A stretch of DNA of 64,000 bases, taken from NCBI GenBank assembly GCA_965203805.1, contig OZ241917.1, positions 480,001 to 544,000 on the forward strand. Direction: 5' to 3'. The translations under genes were made by a program, and so were the position numbers. The notes under the pieces were generated by a model. It saw only the letters and a list, made by a program, of their open reading frames with translations, was not told the DNA's origin and made no database searches. Positions 9,947 through 20,329 of the stretch are shown in pieces. How positions within the stretch are numbered: position 1 is the first letter of the stretch; each line of letters starts with the position of its first letter. This DNA comes from Candidatus Latescibacterota bacterium (GTDB lineage: Bacteria; Latescibacterota; UBA2968; GCA-2709665).

Positions 9947-10455
9947 CAAAACCGGAACTCACATGGATAAACAGGATTGACAGGATAAAACCAAAAATCC
10001 CGAAAAAACGGACATCGAAAACTACGAAATACACGAAAAAGCGCAAAAAAACCGATCAGGATTTACAGGATTAGGCAGGATTGGAAACCAGGAGCAGGGC
10101 AAATGCTCACTCTTGCAGGTAACAGCGATGAGTACGGCCACCCTGAAACCCCAACGTTACGCCAGCCAACTCGATTTTGGGCGAAACAAGGTGTTCGTCA
10201 AATTCTCCACTCATGTTTTTGAAAATCAACCAATTATACAATAGGAACACCGGTTTTCAAGCGTAATTCGGGTTTTGGTTTTGTCCGAATTTTGCTTTTT
10301 ATCCTGCCTATCCTGTGTATCCATGTTTGACGTCGTTTGCAGCCATTCGGCCAAGTTCTCCAACTGCAATTGACATGGATGGACAGGATGAAACCAAAAA
10401 GCACGAGAAAGGCACGAGAAAACGAGCAGCGCAATTCACGAGAAGACGAGTAACG
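9947..10455. repeat. Cluster of 9-bp-period repeats, direct and inverted
   Basis: ACATGGATAAACAGGATTGACAGGAT (9961), CAGGATTTACAGGATTAGGCAGGAT (10067), inverted ATCCTGCCTATCCTGTGTATCCATGT (10301-10326), ACATGGATGGACAGGATGAAACC (10373), then CACGAGAAA repeats. Confidence 0.8.
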
Positions 10456-10471
10456 GCGAGGCACAGGAAGG

Positions 10472-11434
10472 ATGAAGATGCGACTGCGGGTCTGTATTTT
10501 CGTGATGTCGATGGGGATGACAGCTACGGCGGTTTCGGAGGAGAAAAAACAGGCGCCGAAGCTGACGGTGGCGTACCGGTTTGCTTCCGCCATCGGACAG
10601 AAGGGCGGCGGGGTGGGGCACTTTCACGAAGCGTCCGCCATCGCCCTCGATACGTTCGGCAATCTGTACGTGGCCGACACCGGCAATGACCGCGTCCAGA
10701 AGTTCGATCCGGACGGAGCGTATCTGTCTGAGGTGGGCACGTTTGGCTGGGACCCGGGGCAATTCAGCCAGCCGGCGGGGGTCGCGGTAGGGAAGGCGGG
10801 GCTCGAGGTATACGTTTCGGACGGTAGAAACAACCGCATCCAGATTTTCAGCCCCCACTTCCGCCTGTTGGGTGTGGTCGGTGGACGCGACGTGGACGGG
10901 CCGATCCGGTTGGGAAACCTGGGCGGGATTGCGGTTTCGGAAGACGGCGAGCTGTACGTCTCCGACACCGACGCCGATCAGGTGGTGCAGATCAGCAACT
11001 ACAGCCCGGTCGAAAACCAGTTCGGAGGGTTCGAATACGGGGCCGACCGCATCCGGCGTCCGCTGGGACTTGCCGTCGGACAGAAGAACCAGGTCTACGT
11101 CTGCGACAGTGAGAACGACCGCATCGCCGTTTTCGACAGATACGGAAACTTCAGCAGGAGTCTCGCGGAAGGGTCGCTCTCCGAGCCGGCGGGGGTATGC
11201 GTAGGGCCGGAGGACGTGCTGTTTGTCGCGGACAAGGGACACAACCGCGTGGTAGCCCTGGACCTGAGGACCGGGGACGTGGCCGCCCTGATCGGCGGGC
11301 CCGACGCCGGCCAGGGGCCCGGCGCGTTCAAGGCGCCGAAGGACGTTGCCTTCGGTCCCGGCAGGGTTCTCTTCGTTCTGGACGGGGGCAACAATCGCAT
11401 TCAGAAGTTCGAGATGTTGATCGGCAGAAGATAG
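10472..11434 (+). CDS. Secreted NHL-repeat beta-propeller protein
   Basis: Signal-like N-terminus; repeats LYVADTGNDRVQKFD, VYVSDGRNNRIQIFS, VYVCDSENDRIAVFD, LFVLDGGNNRIQKF. Confidence 0.9.
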   Translation: MKMRLRVCIFVMSMGMTATAVSEEKKQAPKLTVAYRFASAIGQKGGGVGHFHEASAIALDTFGNLYVADTGNDRVQKFDPDGAYLSEVGTFGWDPGQFSQPAGVAVGKAGLEVYVSDGRNNRIQIFSPHFRLLGVVGGRDVDGPIRLGNLGGIAVSEDGELYVSDTDADQVVQISNYSPVENQFGGFEYGADRIRRPLGLAVGQKNQVYVCDSENDRIAVFDRYGNFSRSLAEGSLSEPAGVCVGPEDVLFVADKGHNRVVALDLRTGDVAALIGGPDAGQGPGAFKAPKDVAFGPGRVLFVLDGGNNRIQKFEMLIGRR

Positions 11435-11531
11435 CTGGCGCAGTCTCCACGTCCTGGTCGTCAGGAGTACGGGCCGAGGGTCTTGAAGGCCAGGTGCAGA
11501 ACCTGGTTTTTCTGACTCCCGACCCTTTTTT

Positions 11532-14500
11532 ATGTTCAAGCCCATGCGCATCCGTCAGATCTTCATGGTCCTCGCCGGCCTCTTCACCTCGGCCGGCGCC
11601 GCGCCTCCGCCCGGACAGCTGACCGTCTTCGACATGGAGCGGACCATTCGGACCGATGGCAGCCGGGGTCCTTTTCGCATCTCGGACCGGCCGATTCTTG
11701 CTGGCGGCGAAAGGGTCTGGGTGGGAGACAGTCTGCTCGTCAGGGACCTCGACTACGAAATGGATAGTGCAGGAGGCGTGCTGCTGCTTGTGCGGGAACG
11801 CCCTCGCGGCACCCGTGTTGTCGTGCGGTTCCGGCAATTGCCTCAGGTTCTTCCCGGGGTTTACCGGCGGCGTGAGCGAAACCCGGAACGGTCGCGAGTG
11901 CAGCCGGCACCCGTCCGGCGTCGCAGTCGCCGAGCGATCGCGAACGCGCCGGACGCGCACGGCGAGGCGACTTCACGGCTCGACGTCGGGGGGGCGAAGC
12001 GCGTTCAGGTCACCGTAGGCGGCAATCGCGATCTCGAACTCAGCCAGGCGCTTCGGGTGCATATATCCGGACAGATGGCCGACGGGGTGGAAGTGACCGC
12101 GATGCTGTCGGACCGGAACCTCCCGCTGGGACTCGAAGGCAGCACGCGCAACCTGCAGGAGCTGGATCGCGTGAGGTTTCAGGTCCGTTCCCGGAGAGTT
12201 TCGGCTTCGCTCGGCGACCTCGACGTCGAGTTCGACGGCACCACGTTCGGGCGATACCGCAGGCGGCTGCATGGCGCCCATTTCGCGTTTGCAGCGTCCG
12301 GCGCAGACATGAAACTGTTCGGGGCCGCTGCAAACGGACGCTGGGTCAGCCACCGCCTTCACCCCATCGAAGGCTACCAGGGCCCATACCGGTTGCCAGG
12401 TGACGCCGAGGCCGTCGGCGGCGGAATCGTCGCGGGATCCGAAAGGGTCTATCAGGACGGGCGTCTGCTACGCAGGGGCGAGAGCCAGGACTACGTTGTG
12501 GACTATGAAATGTCCACCATCACGTTTACCCCGGTCAGGCCCGTCACCGGTCAGAGCCGCATCACCGTAGAATACCAATTCGAGGCCCCCGGGTCCGGGC
12601 GGCGCCTGATGGGCGCTCGGGGCACGCTGGCGCTCGCCGACGATCGGCTCAAGCTGGGCGGGACGTTTATCCGCGAGGCGGACAGGGCTGGCGGCGTCCA
12701 CGGCGTGGGTATCACCGCACCAGCTTTTCAATCGTTCCGGCAGCAGCTGGCCGTGATGGATGCGGCCTATGAGCCTGCAGTGGGCGTCCGGCTGGACGGA
12801 GAACTGGCGATGAGCTCGGCGCCAGTGCACGCGGAGGCCCGCCGGCAGCGCCGTGGCCGGGCCTTCAGGCTGGGGTTGGACCTGTGGCCGGGCGCGCTGC
12901 GGTTGGGCGGATACGCGCTCGGACGGGTCCGTCTGACCGGCTCATACCGGCAGGTGGGCGCACGGTTCCAGGGGATTGAGAACATCGTGCGGGTGACGCG
13001 TGAGGGTCGGTGGGGCTGGCAGGCCGATACGCCGGAGGCTGGAGACCGGATGGGCGAGGTGGCGCTGCAATACGCCCTCAGGCCCGGCATCCGGTTCGAT
13101 GCGGGTTACGGCCGGCGCCGGGGGAACGTGACGGCGGTCCGGCGCGACGTCGGCCTCCGGGTCTCCGATGCGCGGGCCCCGCGGGTGTTCTATCGCTTCG
13201 ACGAAGTGTCCCACGGGTCGGGGCTGTTCGCCAGGCATCGGGGCCGCATCCGGGCCCCCATGCGCGGGGTCACGCCGGGATTTCGCTTTGAGTCGGAAAC
13301 CGCGACCGGGTCGTCGGTTCCTCATTCGACCCTGTACTATGCCTCGCCGGCCGATACCGCGCACCGTGGCGTCCGTATCCGGTCGGGGGCCGTGGACCTC
13401 TCAACGCGCGTGTTGGGTGCGCTCGCGTGGACGTCGGAAGTATCCGCACGGAGGATCCACCTCCTGGGGCGCACGTGGCAGGACAGCCTGCAGGCGTGGA
13501 CGACGTCCCACCGCGCCTCGATGTCCGGCAGGCGCGGTCTGTCTCTTTCAGGGGAGTACAGCAGGAGCCGGACGAAATCCCCGCTGCATCCCGCCGATGG
13601 CCGCATCACGGACCTTGGGCGGATCAGGTGGGGGTACGCGGTGTTGAACGGGACCGTTTCGCACCGGCTCTCCTATCGGATCTCCAGCACCGGCGCGCCC
13701 GACGGACAACCGGTGTACGTGGTCTTCGGTCCGGGGCGCGGAACGCATGCCTGGGAGGACGCGGATGGCGACGGGCTCCAGGACCCGGAGGAATTCGTGG
13801 AAGACGTGGACGGCGAGTACGTGCGCTATATCAGTCCGGCCGCCCAATATCGCCACGTGCGGGACGCGGCGCTTGCCGCGCGGACGGAGCTTGTGCTGAA
13901 GCGTCTTCTGCGGTCTCCCGAGGGCCGCTGGCTGCGTCTCCTCGCCGGCCTCTCGCTGGATGTCACGCTGGAGGCCGACCGGCAGGCGCCGCCGGGTCAG
14001 GCCGGCGTGGCGCCCTGGCACATGTACGGTTTCGGCGCGGGCGAGGGGATTCTCCACGGCAGGCGCGAGCTTCGGACCCGGCTCTACCTCTTTCGATATG
14101 GCCGTCCCGCCACGTTTCGGGTAACGACCCGCCGGGGCACACGCCTCGACCGGGCCTTTACGGATGGCGGACTGGAGACCACGTCGCAGGTGTCCGCGCA
14201 GGCGCGTTTCGCGCTCGGTCGCGGATCGTCGGTGGAGCTGGAGGTGCAGGGTGAGGCGCGCGACCGACCTGGCGACGGTCCGTTTTTTTACGGCATCCGG
14301 TCCCGCCGGCTGAACCTGGGCGCCTATCGGCACGCGGCAAGGGCCTGGCAGGCGCGGATGGGACTGGCGTTCGGCACGGAAAGGGAGGAAAACCGCGCGT
14401 TGCACGCCCGTTTTGTCTCGGTTCGCCCGGAGATTCGACGCGCCCTGCCAGGCAGGGGGCGGCTCCGAACATCCGGCGACTGGACCCGTGTCTTCGCCTC

Positions 14501-14687
14501 CGGAACCATGCCGTTGTTCCTGGGAATGGCAGGCGGAAACCGTAGCGGAGACAACGCCGGCTGGCGCCTGGGGGTGGACTACCGGCTGGGGCGGTACCTG
14601 ACGGCGATGATCCTGTACGACGGACGCAAGCGCCCCGGGAAGCCGGTCCTGCATCTGGGGCGCATGGAAATGCGGGCGCTTTTCTGA
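11532..14687 (+). CDS. Large uncharacterised outer-membrane protein
   Basis: 1051 aa, signal peptide, amphipathic beta-strands, C-terminal Phe (MEMRALF), GSERVY..G.LLRRGE..DYVVDY motif, DADGDG loop. Confidence 0.65.
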   Translation: MFKPMRIRQIFMVLAGLFTSAGAAPPPGQLTVFDMERTIRTDGSRGPFRISDRPILAGGERVWVGDSLLVRDLDYEMDSAGGVLLLVRERPRGTRVVVRFRQLPQVLPGVYRRRERNPERSRVQPAPVRRRSRRAIANAPDAHGEATSRLDVGGAKRVQVTVGGNRDLELSQALRVHISGQMADGVEVTAMLSDRNLPLGLEGSTRNLQELDRVRFQVRSRRVSASLGDLDVEFDGTTFGRYRRRLHGAHFAFAASGADMKLFGAAANGRWVSHRLHPIEGYQGPYRLPGDAEAVGGGIVAGSERVYQDGRLLRRGESQDYVVDYEMSTITFTPVRPVTGQSRITVEYQFEAPGSGRRLMGARGTLALADDRLKLGGTFIREADRAGGVHGVGITAPAFQSFRQQLAVMDAAYEPAVGVRLDGELAMSSAPVHAEARRQRRGRAFRLGLDLWPGALRLGGYALGRVRLTGSYRQVGARFQGIENIVRVTREGRWGWQADTPEAGDRMGEVALQYALRPGIRFDAGYGRRRGNVTAVRRDVGLRVSDARAPRVFYRFDEVSHGSGLFARHRGRIRAPMRGVTPGFRFESETATGSSVPHSTLYYASPADTAHRGVRIRSGAVDLSTRVLGALAWTSEVSARRIHLLGRTWQDSLQAWTTSHRASMSGRRGLSLSGEYSRSRTKSPLHPADGRITDLGRIRWGYAVLNGTVSHRLSYRISSTGAPDGQPVYVVFGPGRGTHAWEDADGDGLQDPEEFVEDVDGEYVRYISPAAQYRHVRDAALAARTELVLKRLLRSPEGRWLRLLAGLSLDVTLEADRQAPPGQAGVAPWHMYGFGAGEGILHGRRELRTRLYLFRYGRPATFRVTTRRGTRLDRAFTDGGLETTSQVSAQARFALGRGSSVELEVQGEARDRPGDGPFFYGIRSRRLNLGAYRHAARAWQARMGLAFGTEREENRALHARFVSVRPEIRRALPGRGRLRTSGDWTRVFASGTMPLFLGMAGGNRSGDNAGWRLGVDYRLGRYLTAMILYDGRKRPGKPVLHLGRMEMRALF

Positions 14688-14697
14688 GAGGTGGGGC

Positions 14698-16413
14698 GTG
14701 TTCGGATTCGGACGCTTTTGGCTATATAGTCACGTGATAACGCTCCTGGCGGTATTTTGTGCGGACGCGTCGGCGGCCGGTCGCGTCCTCGTACGGAACG
14801 TGCGGGTGGACGGGGCCCATCGGATGTCCGAGGATCGCGTTCGGGGCTGGCTGATTACGCGCGCCGGCCTGCCCGTGGACAGCCTGCTGATCGAGAAGGA
14901 TATGAGACGCATTCTGAACGGATACCGAGACGCCGGATACTGGCAGGTATCCGTTGCGTATCCGGAGGTGGACGCGAATCGGGGGCGTGTGCGTTTTCGC
15001 ATCGAGGAAGGGAGACCGACCCTGATCGACTCGGTCGAGATTTCCGGCAACCGGAACGCGGCGACGGACTCCCTGCTGGACGCGATGATCACCCGCGCCG
15101 GGGAGCCGTTGGTAACGGAGTCCCTGGACACGGACCTGGAGGCGCTCGTTCGCTTTTACGAGAACCGCGGGTATCCCTATTGTTCGCTGGCGCCGGAGGT
15201 GCGTGTTCTGCCGGGCAGCGACACCGCGAGGGTCCGGATTGCGGTGGACGAGGGTCAATTTGTGCGCGTGGACACGATCCGCTTCACGGGCAACCGGATC
15301 ACCCGTGTCGAGACACTTCATCGAGAGATGCGGATAACACCGGGCATGCGCTACGATCAGCGCAGGGTGGACCGGGCGCTGCGTGCGCTCCGACGTCTTC
15401 CATTTCTGCTGGACGTGGAAGACGCGGTGTTGGCGGCCGAGCCCGACGGACGTACGGCGCTGGTGGTTTCCGTCCGCGAGGCGCCGGCGGGGCGGGTCGA
15501 GGGCGTCGTGGGCATGGCGCCTGCGTCTCGGGACGGTGCGCGGGGCCCGACCGGATCCTTCGCGATCGCTTTCGCCAATCTGATGGGGAGCGGGCGGCGG
15601 GCGGACGCCTCGTGGTCGCGAAGGGGGCGCGCGGCGTCCGATCTGGATCTGCGCTACGTCGAACCGTGGGTTCTGAGGCGGCCGTTGGGCCTGGAGGCGA
15701 CGCTTCTGATGCGGCAACGGCCCGGATTCGCCGAAGACCGGCTGGGCCTCGGCGTCAACCTGTCCACGGCCGGCGGCGTCGAAGTCCGGATCGGTGTTTC
15801 CAGGGGCGGCGTCCGGCCGGATTCGAGCCGGGCGCCAGGTTTTGAGAAGGGTCGACTGTCGTCTCTGGATGGCCGGCTCGAATACGACCGCAGAGACGAT
15901 CGCTGGAATCCGATGGGGGGTTCGATGTACCGTATCGGCCTCGTCTGGAGCCGCGTGGCGCAGAGCGGCGCCGCCGGCAGCAGGTTGCGCGCGACCGCGG
16001 AACTGCATCGAATTCAGGCGCTGGGAAGGCAGACGGCGCTCGCGGCGTCTCTGTACGGCGCCGGCGTGGGGGAAAACGGGGTCGCGCTCCCTGACGGACC
16101 CTTGCGTCTGGGGGGGGCGGCGACGATTCGAGGGTATCGCGAGGAGGCGTTTCTGGTGAACCGGGCGTTGTGGACGAACCTGGAGTGGCGGCTTATACTG
16201 GGGCGCCGGTCGCGGGCGTTTCTCTTCGTGGACGCCGGCGTTCTGAGGAATGCCGCGGGGGTTGAAGAGAACGGACTGCATTTCCCGCTGGGATTCGGTC
16301 TGGGGATGCGTACCGTGTCCCGGTTGGGGACCATCGGCCTGGATTACGGACTGTCAAGAACCGACAGTCCAGGTCGCGGAAAGGTGCACGTACGTATGGT
16401 GAATGACTTTTAG
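14698..16413 (+). CDS. BamA/TamA (Omp85) family protein with POTRA domains
   Basis: POTRA-like segments (IEEG..TLIDSVEISGN; YENRGY; VDEG..VRVDTIRFTGN), lid motif LGGAATIRGYRE, C-terminal Phe. Confidence 0.85.
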   Translation: MFGFGRFWLYSHVITLLAVFCADASAAGRVLVRNVRVDGAHRMSEDRVRGWLITRAGLPVDSLLIEKDMRRILNGYRDAGYWQVSVAYPEVDANRGRVRFRIEEGRPTLIDSVEISGNRNAATDSLLDAMITRAGEPLVTESLDTDLEALVRFYENRGYPYCSLAPEVRVLPGSDTARVRIAVDEGQFVRVDTIRFTGNRITRVETLHREMRITPGMRYDQRRVDRALRALRRLPFLLDVEDAVLAAEPDGRTALVVSVREAPAGRVEGVVGMAPASRDGARGPTGSFAIAFANLMGSGRRADASWSRRGRAASDLDLRYVEPWVLRRPLGLEATLLMRQRPGFAEDRLGLGVNLSTAGGVEVRIGVSRGGVRPDSSRAPGFEKGRLSSLDGRLEYDRRDDRWNPMGGSMYRIGLVWSRVAQSGAAGSRLRATAELHRIQALGRQTALAASLYGAGVGENGVALPDGPLRLGGAATIRGYREEAFLVNRALWTNLEWRLILGRRSRAFLFVDAGVLRNAAGVEENGLHFPLGFGLGMRTVSRLGTIGLDYGLSRTDSPGRGKVHVRMVNDF

Positions 16414-16489
16414 AAAAAGAACGGATGGCAGGGGCAGGTTTCAAACCTGCGCGTCCTGTGAGCAGCCGGAGGATTTCTGCTCGACCCTT

Positions 16490-17305
16490 TCAAAAAGGGA
16501 ACAGAACGGGGATATTTTCAGGTGGGAGTGCGCCGCCGTATTCGCAGGCCTGAAACGCCTCGGCGTAACGGATGGCGCGTCCGCGATCCTCGCCGTACCG
16601 GTCTACGAGAACGGCGCGGTGGCGGTCCGCAACGGCCATGAACTGCTCGAGCCTGTGTTCGAGCCACTTTCTGCGCTGGCGCGGCGACTTCGGCACTTCG
16701 TCGAGGCGGCCGGCGTTGTACGGCAGCCACTCGTACATCTGCGAGGTGTGGCAGTGCAGCATATCCAGCTTCTTGTCGACAACGGCGTCGATGTCGATCG
16801 CCACCTCGGGTGTAAAGGGTGCGGGAAACCGGAAGTTGTCGCTCAAATAGGCAATCACGGGGTTATACGATAGCGCGGGTACGTCCGTACAGACGTTGGG
16901 TACGGTGACCATGTAGGCGGCGTCCTGAACCAGGCTGGCGGTGTACCGATGGTCAGGATGGTAATCGTTTGGCCGATGGGTGAGGACAAGGTCCGGCGTA
17001 TAGGAGCGGATCATGCGGATGACGTGCTTGCGATTCTCCAGCGTGGGTTCCAGTTCGCCGTCGTGGTTGTCCATCACGTGGTATTCGATGCCCGCCACGG
17101 CGCCGGCGGCTTCGGCTTCCGCCCGACGCCTGCGCGCCAGCGCGATGCCCCCGGTTTCGTGATGACCCGCGTCTCCGTTCGTGAGAGAAACGAAACGGAC
17201 GTCGTGGCCGAGCGCCGCGTAGTGGATGGCAAGGCCGCCGGCCTTGATATCGCAGTCGTCGGGATGCGCCCCGAAGACGATGACTCTGAGAGGTCGGTTC
17301 CGCAC
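16490..17305 (-). CDS. PIG-L/LmbE family deacetylase
   Basis: GAHPDDCD, TNGDAG, RRAEA, HRPNDYHPDHR. Start taken at GTG 17305 (track start 17344). Confidence 0.9.
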   Translation of the reverse strand: MRNRPLRVIVFGAHPDDCDIKAGGLAIHYAALGHDVRFVSLTNGDAGHHETGGIALARRRRAEAEAAGAVAGIEYHVMDNHDGELEPTLENRKHVIRMIRSYTPDLVLTHRPNDYHPDHRYTASLVQDAAYMVTVPNVCTDVPALSYNPVIAYLSDNFRFPAPFTPEVAIDIDAVVDKKLDMLHCHTSQMYEWLPYNAGRLDEVPKSPRQRRKWLEHRLEQFMAVADRHRAVLVDRYGEDRGRAIRYAEAFQACEYGGALPPENIPVLFPF

Positions 17306-17312
17306 GGTGGGC

Positions 17313-19028
17313 TCAGTTCGGATTCGGGTGGTAGACGGCCTCAATCGAAGTCCCGGACGATTCGCCGGACAGGGGCGCGAGGCAGACGCGTTCCCGGTAT
17401 CGGCGTTCCGTATCCGGTCGCGTGACGCTGCCGTCGACGAGGATCTCCTTCATCGGCGCGCCTGCGAATTCCCGTGGAATCTGGATGCGGAGATCGGGAT
17501 GAGACGAACGGCCCTGTAGGTTGAAGCTCAGTCGTGAACCGTCCCATTGCAGGTCGGTGATTCGCCACGTATCGCGTGCGCTCCAGAAGGCCGCCCATTG
17601 GTCGAAGGACCAGATCGGCAGGCCGAATTTGTTTGCCTGTCGCAGCAGTTCCCGGCCCTGGTCCTCGGAGAACCTGGCCCAGTTTCCCGGGTGGATGCAG
17701 ACGCCGTAGGGGGTGTGGAACCGGGTCGTGATATCGATGAAGATTCGCTCCAACATCACCGAGAACACGGGTGCAGACAGCTTGTAGGAGTAGTCCTGCT
17801 GGCCGAACCAGCCGTCGTCGATTACGTGGGTGTGCTGCTGGTAGACGTTGACGAGGCGGCCGTCCGGGTGGCAGAAGCGCATCGGGAGCGCCGCTCCGAA
17901 GGCCGCGTAGGGCGCGCTCTCCCTGTCTCTCATATAGGTTCCTGAAAAGTAGTTGCCGTCCATCTGAATGCCCAGTTTTTCCATGACGTCCACGAGGTCC
18001 AGGTAGCCGGCCCATGCGGTGCAGTGATTGCGCACGGTACGTGCGGGAATTCGGAACTTCTCCTGGAACATGCGGACCTGGCGCTCGAATTCGGCCACGC
18101 GCTCCTCTACCGGACGGCCATCCAGCGGGCGAAGGTTCGGGTGCGGCCCGACGTCGTGGGCGCCGGCGTATCTCGCCACGTCTTCGGGCGTTGATTTCGT
18201 ATGGTTTGGGATGATGTACAGGCTCATGCGCCCTCCGGCATCGGCGACGCCCCTGAATTCATCCTCGTTCGAAGCAACGTCGGCGTAGTCCTCGTCGCCG
18301 GAGTATAGCAGGATGCCCCGCGCGGTGCCGGGAAGGTGGGACAGAAAGGGCGCCGGAGCGGGCAGATACCGGCGGGTCAGGTCCACGAGCAGCCGGGAGA
18401 GCAGATCGGCATGAGGAATCCACCCGGCATCGTACGGGCCCACCCGCGCGGCCATGTGCGTTGGCCGGGCGCACCCGTCACCGGCGGGAATGCGCTCTGC
18501 AAGGCCGGGATCGCCCTGGCGCAGCAGGAGCACGCAACGGGGCAGGTCGAAGGCGAAGGCGACGATACGTCCGCTGCCGAGGCGGGTCTCCGAAATGCCG
18601 ACGGTTTCGCCGTCATAGCGTCCCGGGTGAGACAGGAAGGCCAGCGGTTTGGCGGTTTCCGAATGTTCCCACGCGTGAACGGACCCCACGACAGGGACGA
18701 GTTCACCGGCCAGGCCGCCGGTGGGATACCCGACGTTCCGCAGCCGCTGCGGCGGTTCTTTCGTGCCCCGCGCCTTCAGCCCGGCCGCGCGCGCAAGCGC
18801 CCTTCCCGGCAGGAAACAGACAACCGTGCCTCCCCTCCGGGCGTAATCCATGAGCCGGGCATCGTCCTGATGGGCTGGACACACGAGTACGGGAATCCCG
18901 GCGGGCCGCAGGTTGGGCAACCGGTCGCGGGTAACAGGCGCAATGAGCGGCAGCCCCCAGGTCTTGAAGATCTCGGCGATATACGTCGAGAGATTGGAAC
19001 GGCCTGTCAGGATGCCGATCTGCATCAC
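17313..19028 (-). CDS. Uncharacterised protein with a polysaccharide-deacetylase-like (CE4/GH57-type) central domain
   Basis: LYSGDED, DVGPHP, TVRNHC and PYGVCIHP motifs; co-oriented with the PIG-L and oxidoreductase genes. Confidence 0.5.
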   Translation of the reverse strand: MMQIGILTGRSNLSTYIAEIFKTWGLPLIAPVTRDRLPNLRPAGIPVLVCPAHQDDARLMDYARRGGTVVCFLPGRALARAAGLKARGTKEPPQRLRNVGYPTGGLAGELVPVVGSVHAWEHSETAKPLAFLSHPGRYDGETVGISETRLGSGRIVAFAFDLPRCVLLLRQGDPGLAERIPAGDGCARPTHMAARVGPYDAGWIPHADLLSRLLVDLTRRYLPAPAPFLSHLPGTARGILLYSGDEDYADVASNEDEFRGVADAGGRMSLYIIPNHTKSTPEDVARYAGAHDVGPHPNLRPLDGRPVEERVAEFERQVRMFQEKFRIPARTVRNHCTAWAGYLDLVDVMEKLGIQMDGNYFSGTYMRDRESAPYAAFGAALPMRFCHPDGRLVNVYQQHTHVIDDGWFGQQDYSYKLSAPVFSVMLERIFIDITTRFHTPYGVCIHPGNWARFSEDQGRELLRQANKFGLPIWSFDQWAAFWSARDTWRITDLQWDGSRLSFNLQGRSSHPDLRIQIPREFAGAPMKEILVDGSVTRPDTERRYRERVCLAPLSGESSGTSIEAVYHPNPN

Positions 19029-20197
19029 GAGGTCCCTTCGGGTATCGTGCCGGCGGGCCTGGCGTCTGCGGGACGGAAATCGGGGACGTTCATGGGTTGG
19101 GTCCCGCGGTTGATGGATTCCGCCGCCAGGATGGCTGGCGCGGCGGTCTCGATTGCCCGGTACACGTCGAATTCCAGGGCCTTCGCTTCGCGGACGGCGT
19201 CCCGGAACGCGGCGTGAACGTAGTAGTCGGCGTCGCCGTGGCCGCTTGCCCGCGCTTCGGCGGGCGCGTCGGTACGCTCAAAGCGCCAGTCGACCTCGGC
19301 CATGTCGTGCATCTGGTCGTCGGCCAACCACATGAGCGGACGCCCTTTCTGCGAACGCTTCCATTCAACGCTGCCCCTGGTACCGAGCACCTGGTACCAG
19401 TGGTGACCCCGGCTGCTGGGGATCTTCTGCGTGAATCCGGCGGCCATCCTCAGGATCGCATCATTTTCTGTCTTCATCAGCGCCACCTGGATATCGGGCT
19501 GGCCGATTTCCGGATGGGAATAGCTGGGCGGCGCCGTGCTCATGGCCGTCACTTCCACCACGCGGTCGTCCAGTACCCTGAGCATCGGGCTGAGTTCGTG
19601 GGGAAGGTAGTGGATGGGCGGCATATCGTGGCGCCAGGTCGGCCTGGCAGCGGCGTTTTCCCCCAGCTGCTCTACGGAATGGAATGTACCCGTGTCCGGG
19701 TCCTGAAAGAACTGACGGGTGCCGTAGTACCCGATATACTGGCCTTCGCAGAAGGTGACCCTGCCCAGCCGTCCGCTCGCCACCAGGTCCCGCCAGGTGT
19801 CCACGAAACCCCAGAATCTCGTTTGTTCGGCCAGCTGGTAGACCAGGCCCGTTCGCTCGACCTGCGTGACAATGCGCCAGCAGTCTTCCAGAGTATGGGC
19901 CGCCGGAACCTCGGAGTTCACGTGTTTGCCTGCTTCCAGGGCCATGGCCGCCAGTGCGCCCTGCTCCCTGCAGCGGACGCACAGGGCAATGGCGTCCACG
20001 TTATCGTCGGCGAGGATGTCATCGTAAACCGCATACGCTCTGGCCGGGTTCTCGATCGCGGCGAGCGCCCGTTCGTGCAGTGCGGCGATCGGATCGCAAA
20101 CGGCCGTAATACGGTAACCGCGGAGGCGCTGTAGCAGGCGGAGCCAGTGCAGACCCCTGTGACCGAGGCCCACGAGGCCCACGCGAATGTCGTCCAT
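19025..20197 (-). CDS. Gfo/Idh/MocA family oxidoreductase
   Basis: RVGLVGLGHRG, AVCD, ALEAGKHVNSEVP, GHGDAD; start MDDIRV after SD GGAG. Confidence 0.9.
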   Translation of the reverse strand: MDDIRVGLVGLGHRGLHWLRLLQRLRGYRITAVCDPIAALHERALAAIENPARAYAVYDDILADDNVDAIALCVRCREQGALAAMALEAGKHVNSEVPAAHTLEDCWRIVTQVERTGLVYQLAEQTRFWGFVDTWRDLVASGRLGRVTFCEGQYIGYYGTRQFFQDPDTGTFHSVEQLGENAAARPTWRHDMPPIHYLPHELSPMLRVLDDRVVEVTAMSTAPPSYSHPEIGQPDIQVALMKTENDAILRMAAGFTQKIPSSRGHHWYQVLGTRGSVEWKRSQKGRPLMWLADDQMHDMAEVDWRFERTDAPAEARASGHGDADYYVHAAFRDAVREAKALEFDVYRAIETAAPAILAAESINRGTQPMNVPDFRPADARPAGTIPEGTS

Positions 20198-20329
20198 TGG
20201 GAATCTCCGGTCGTTGTCCGGCGGACGGCGGCGATGGAATGCCGGGCCCGCATCATGCGGCCGCGGCGGGAGCCTCACGAATATAAGAATCTTCGACCGT
20301 CGCGCAAGCGCATCTATCCGCAGCCGCTC

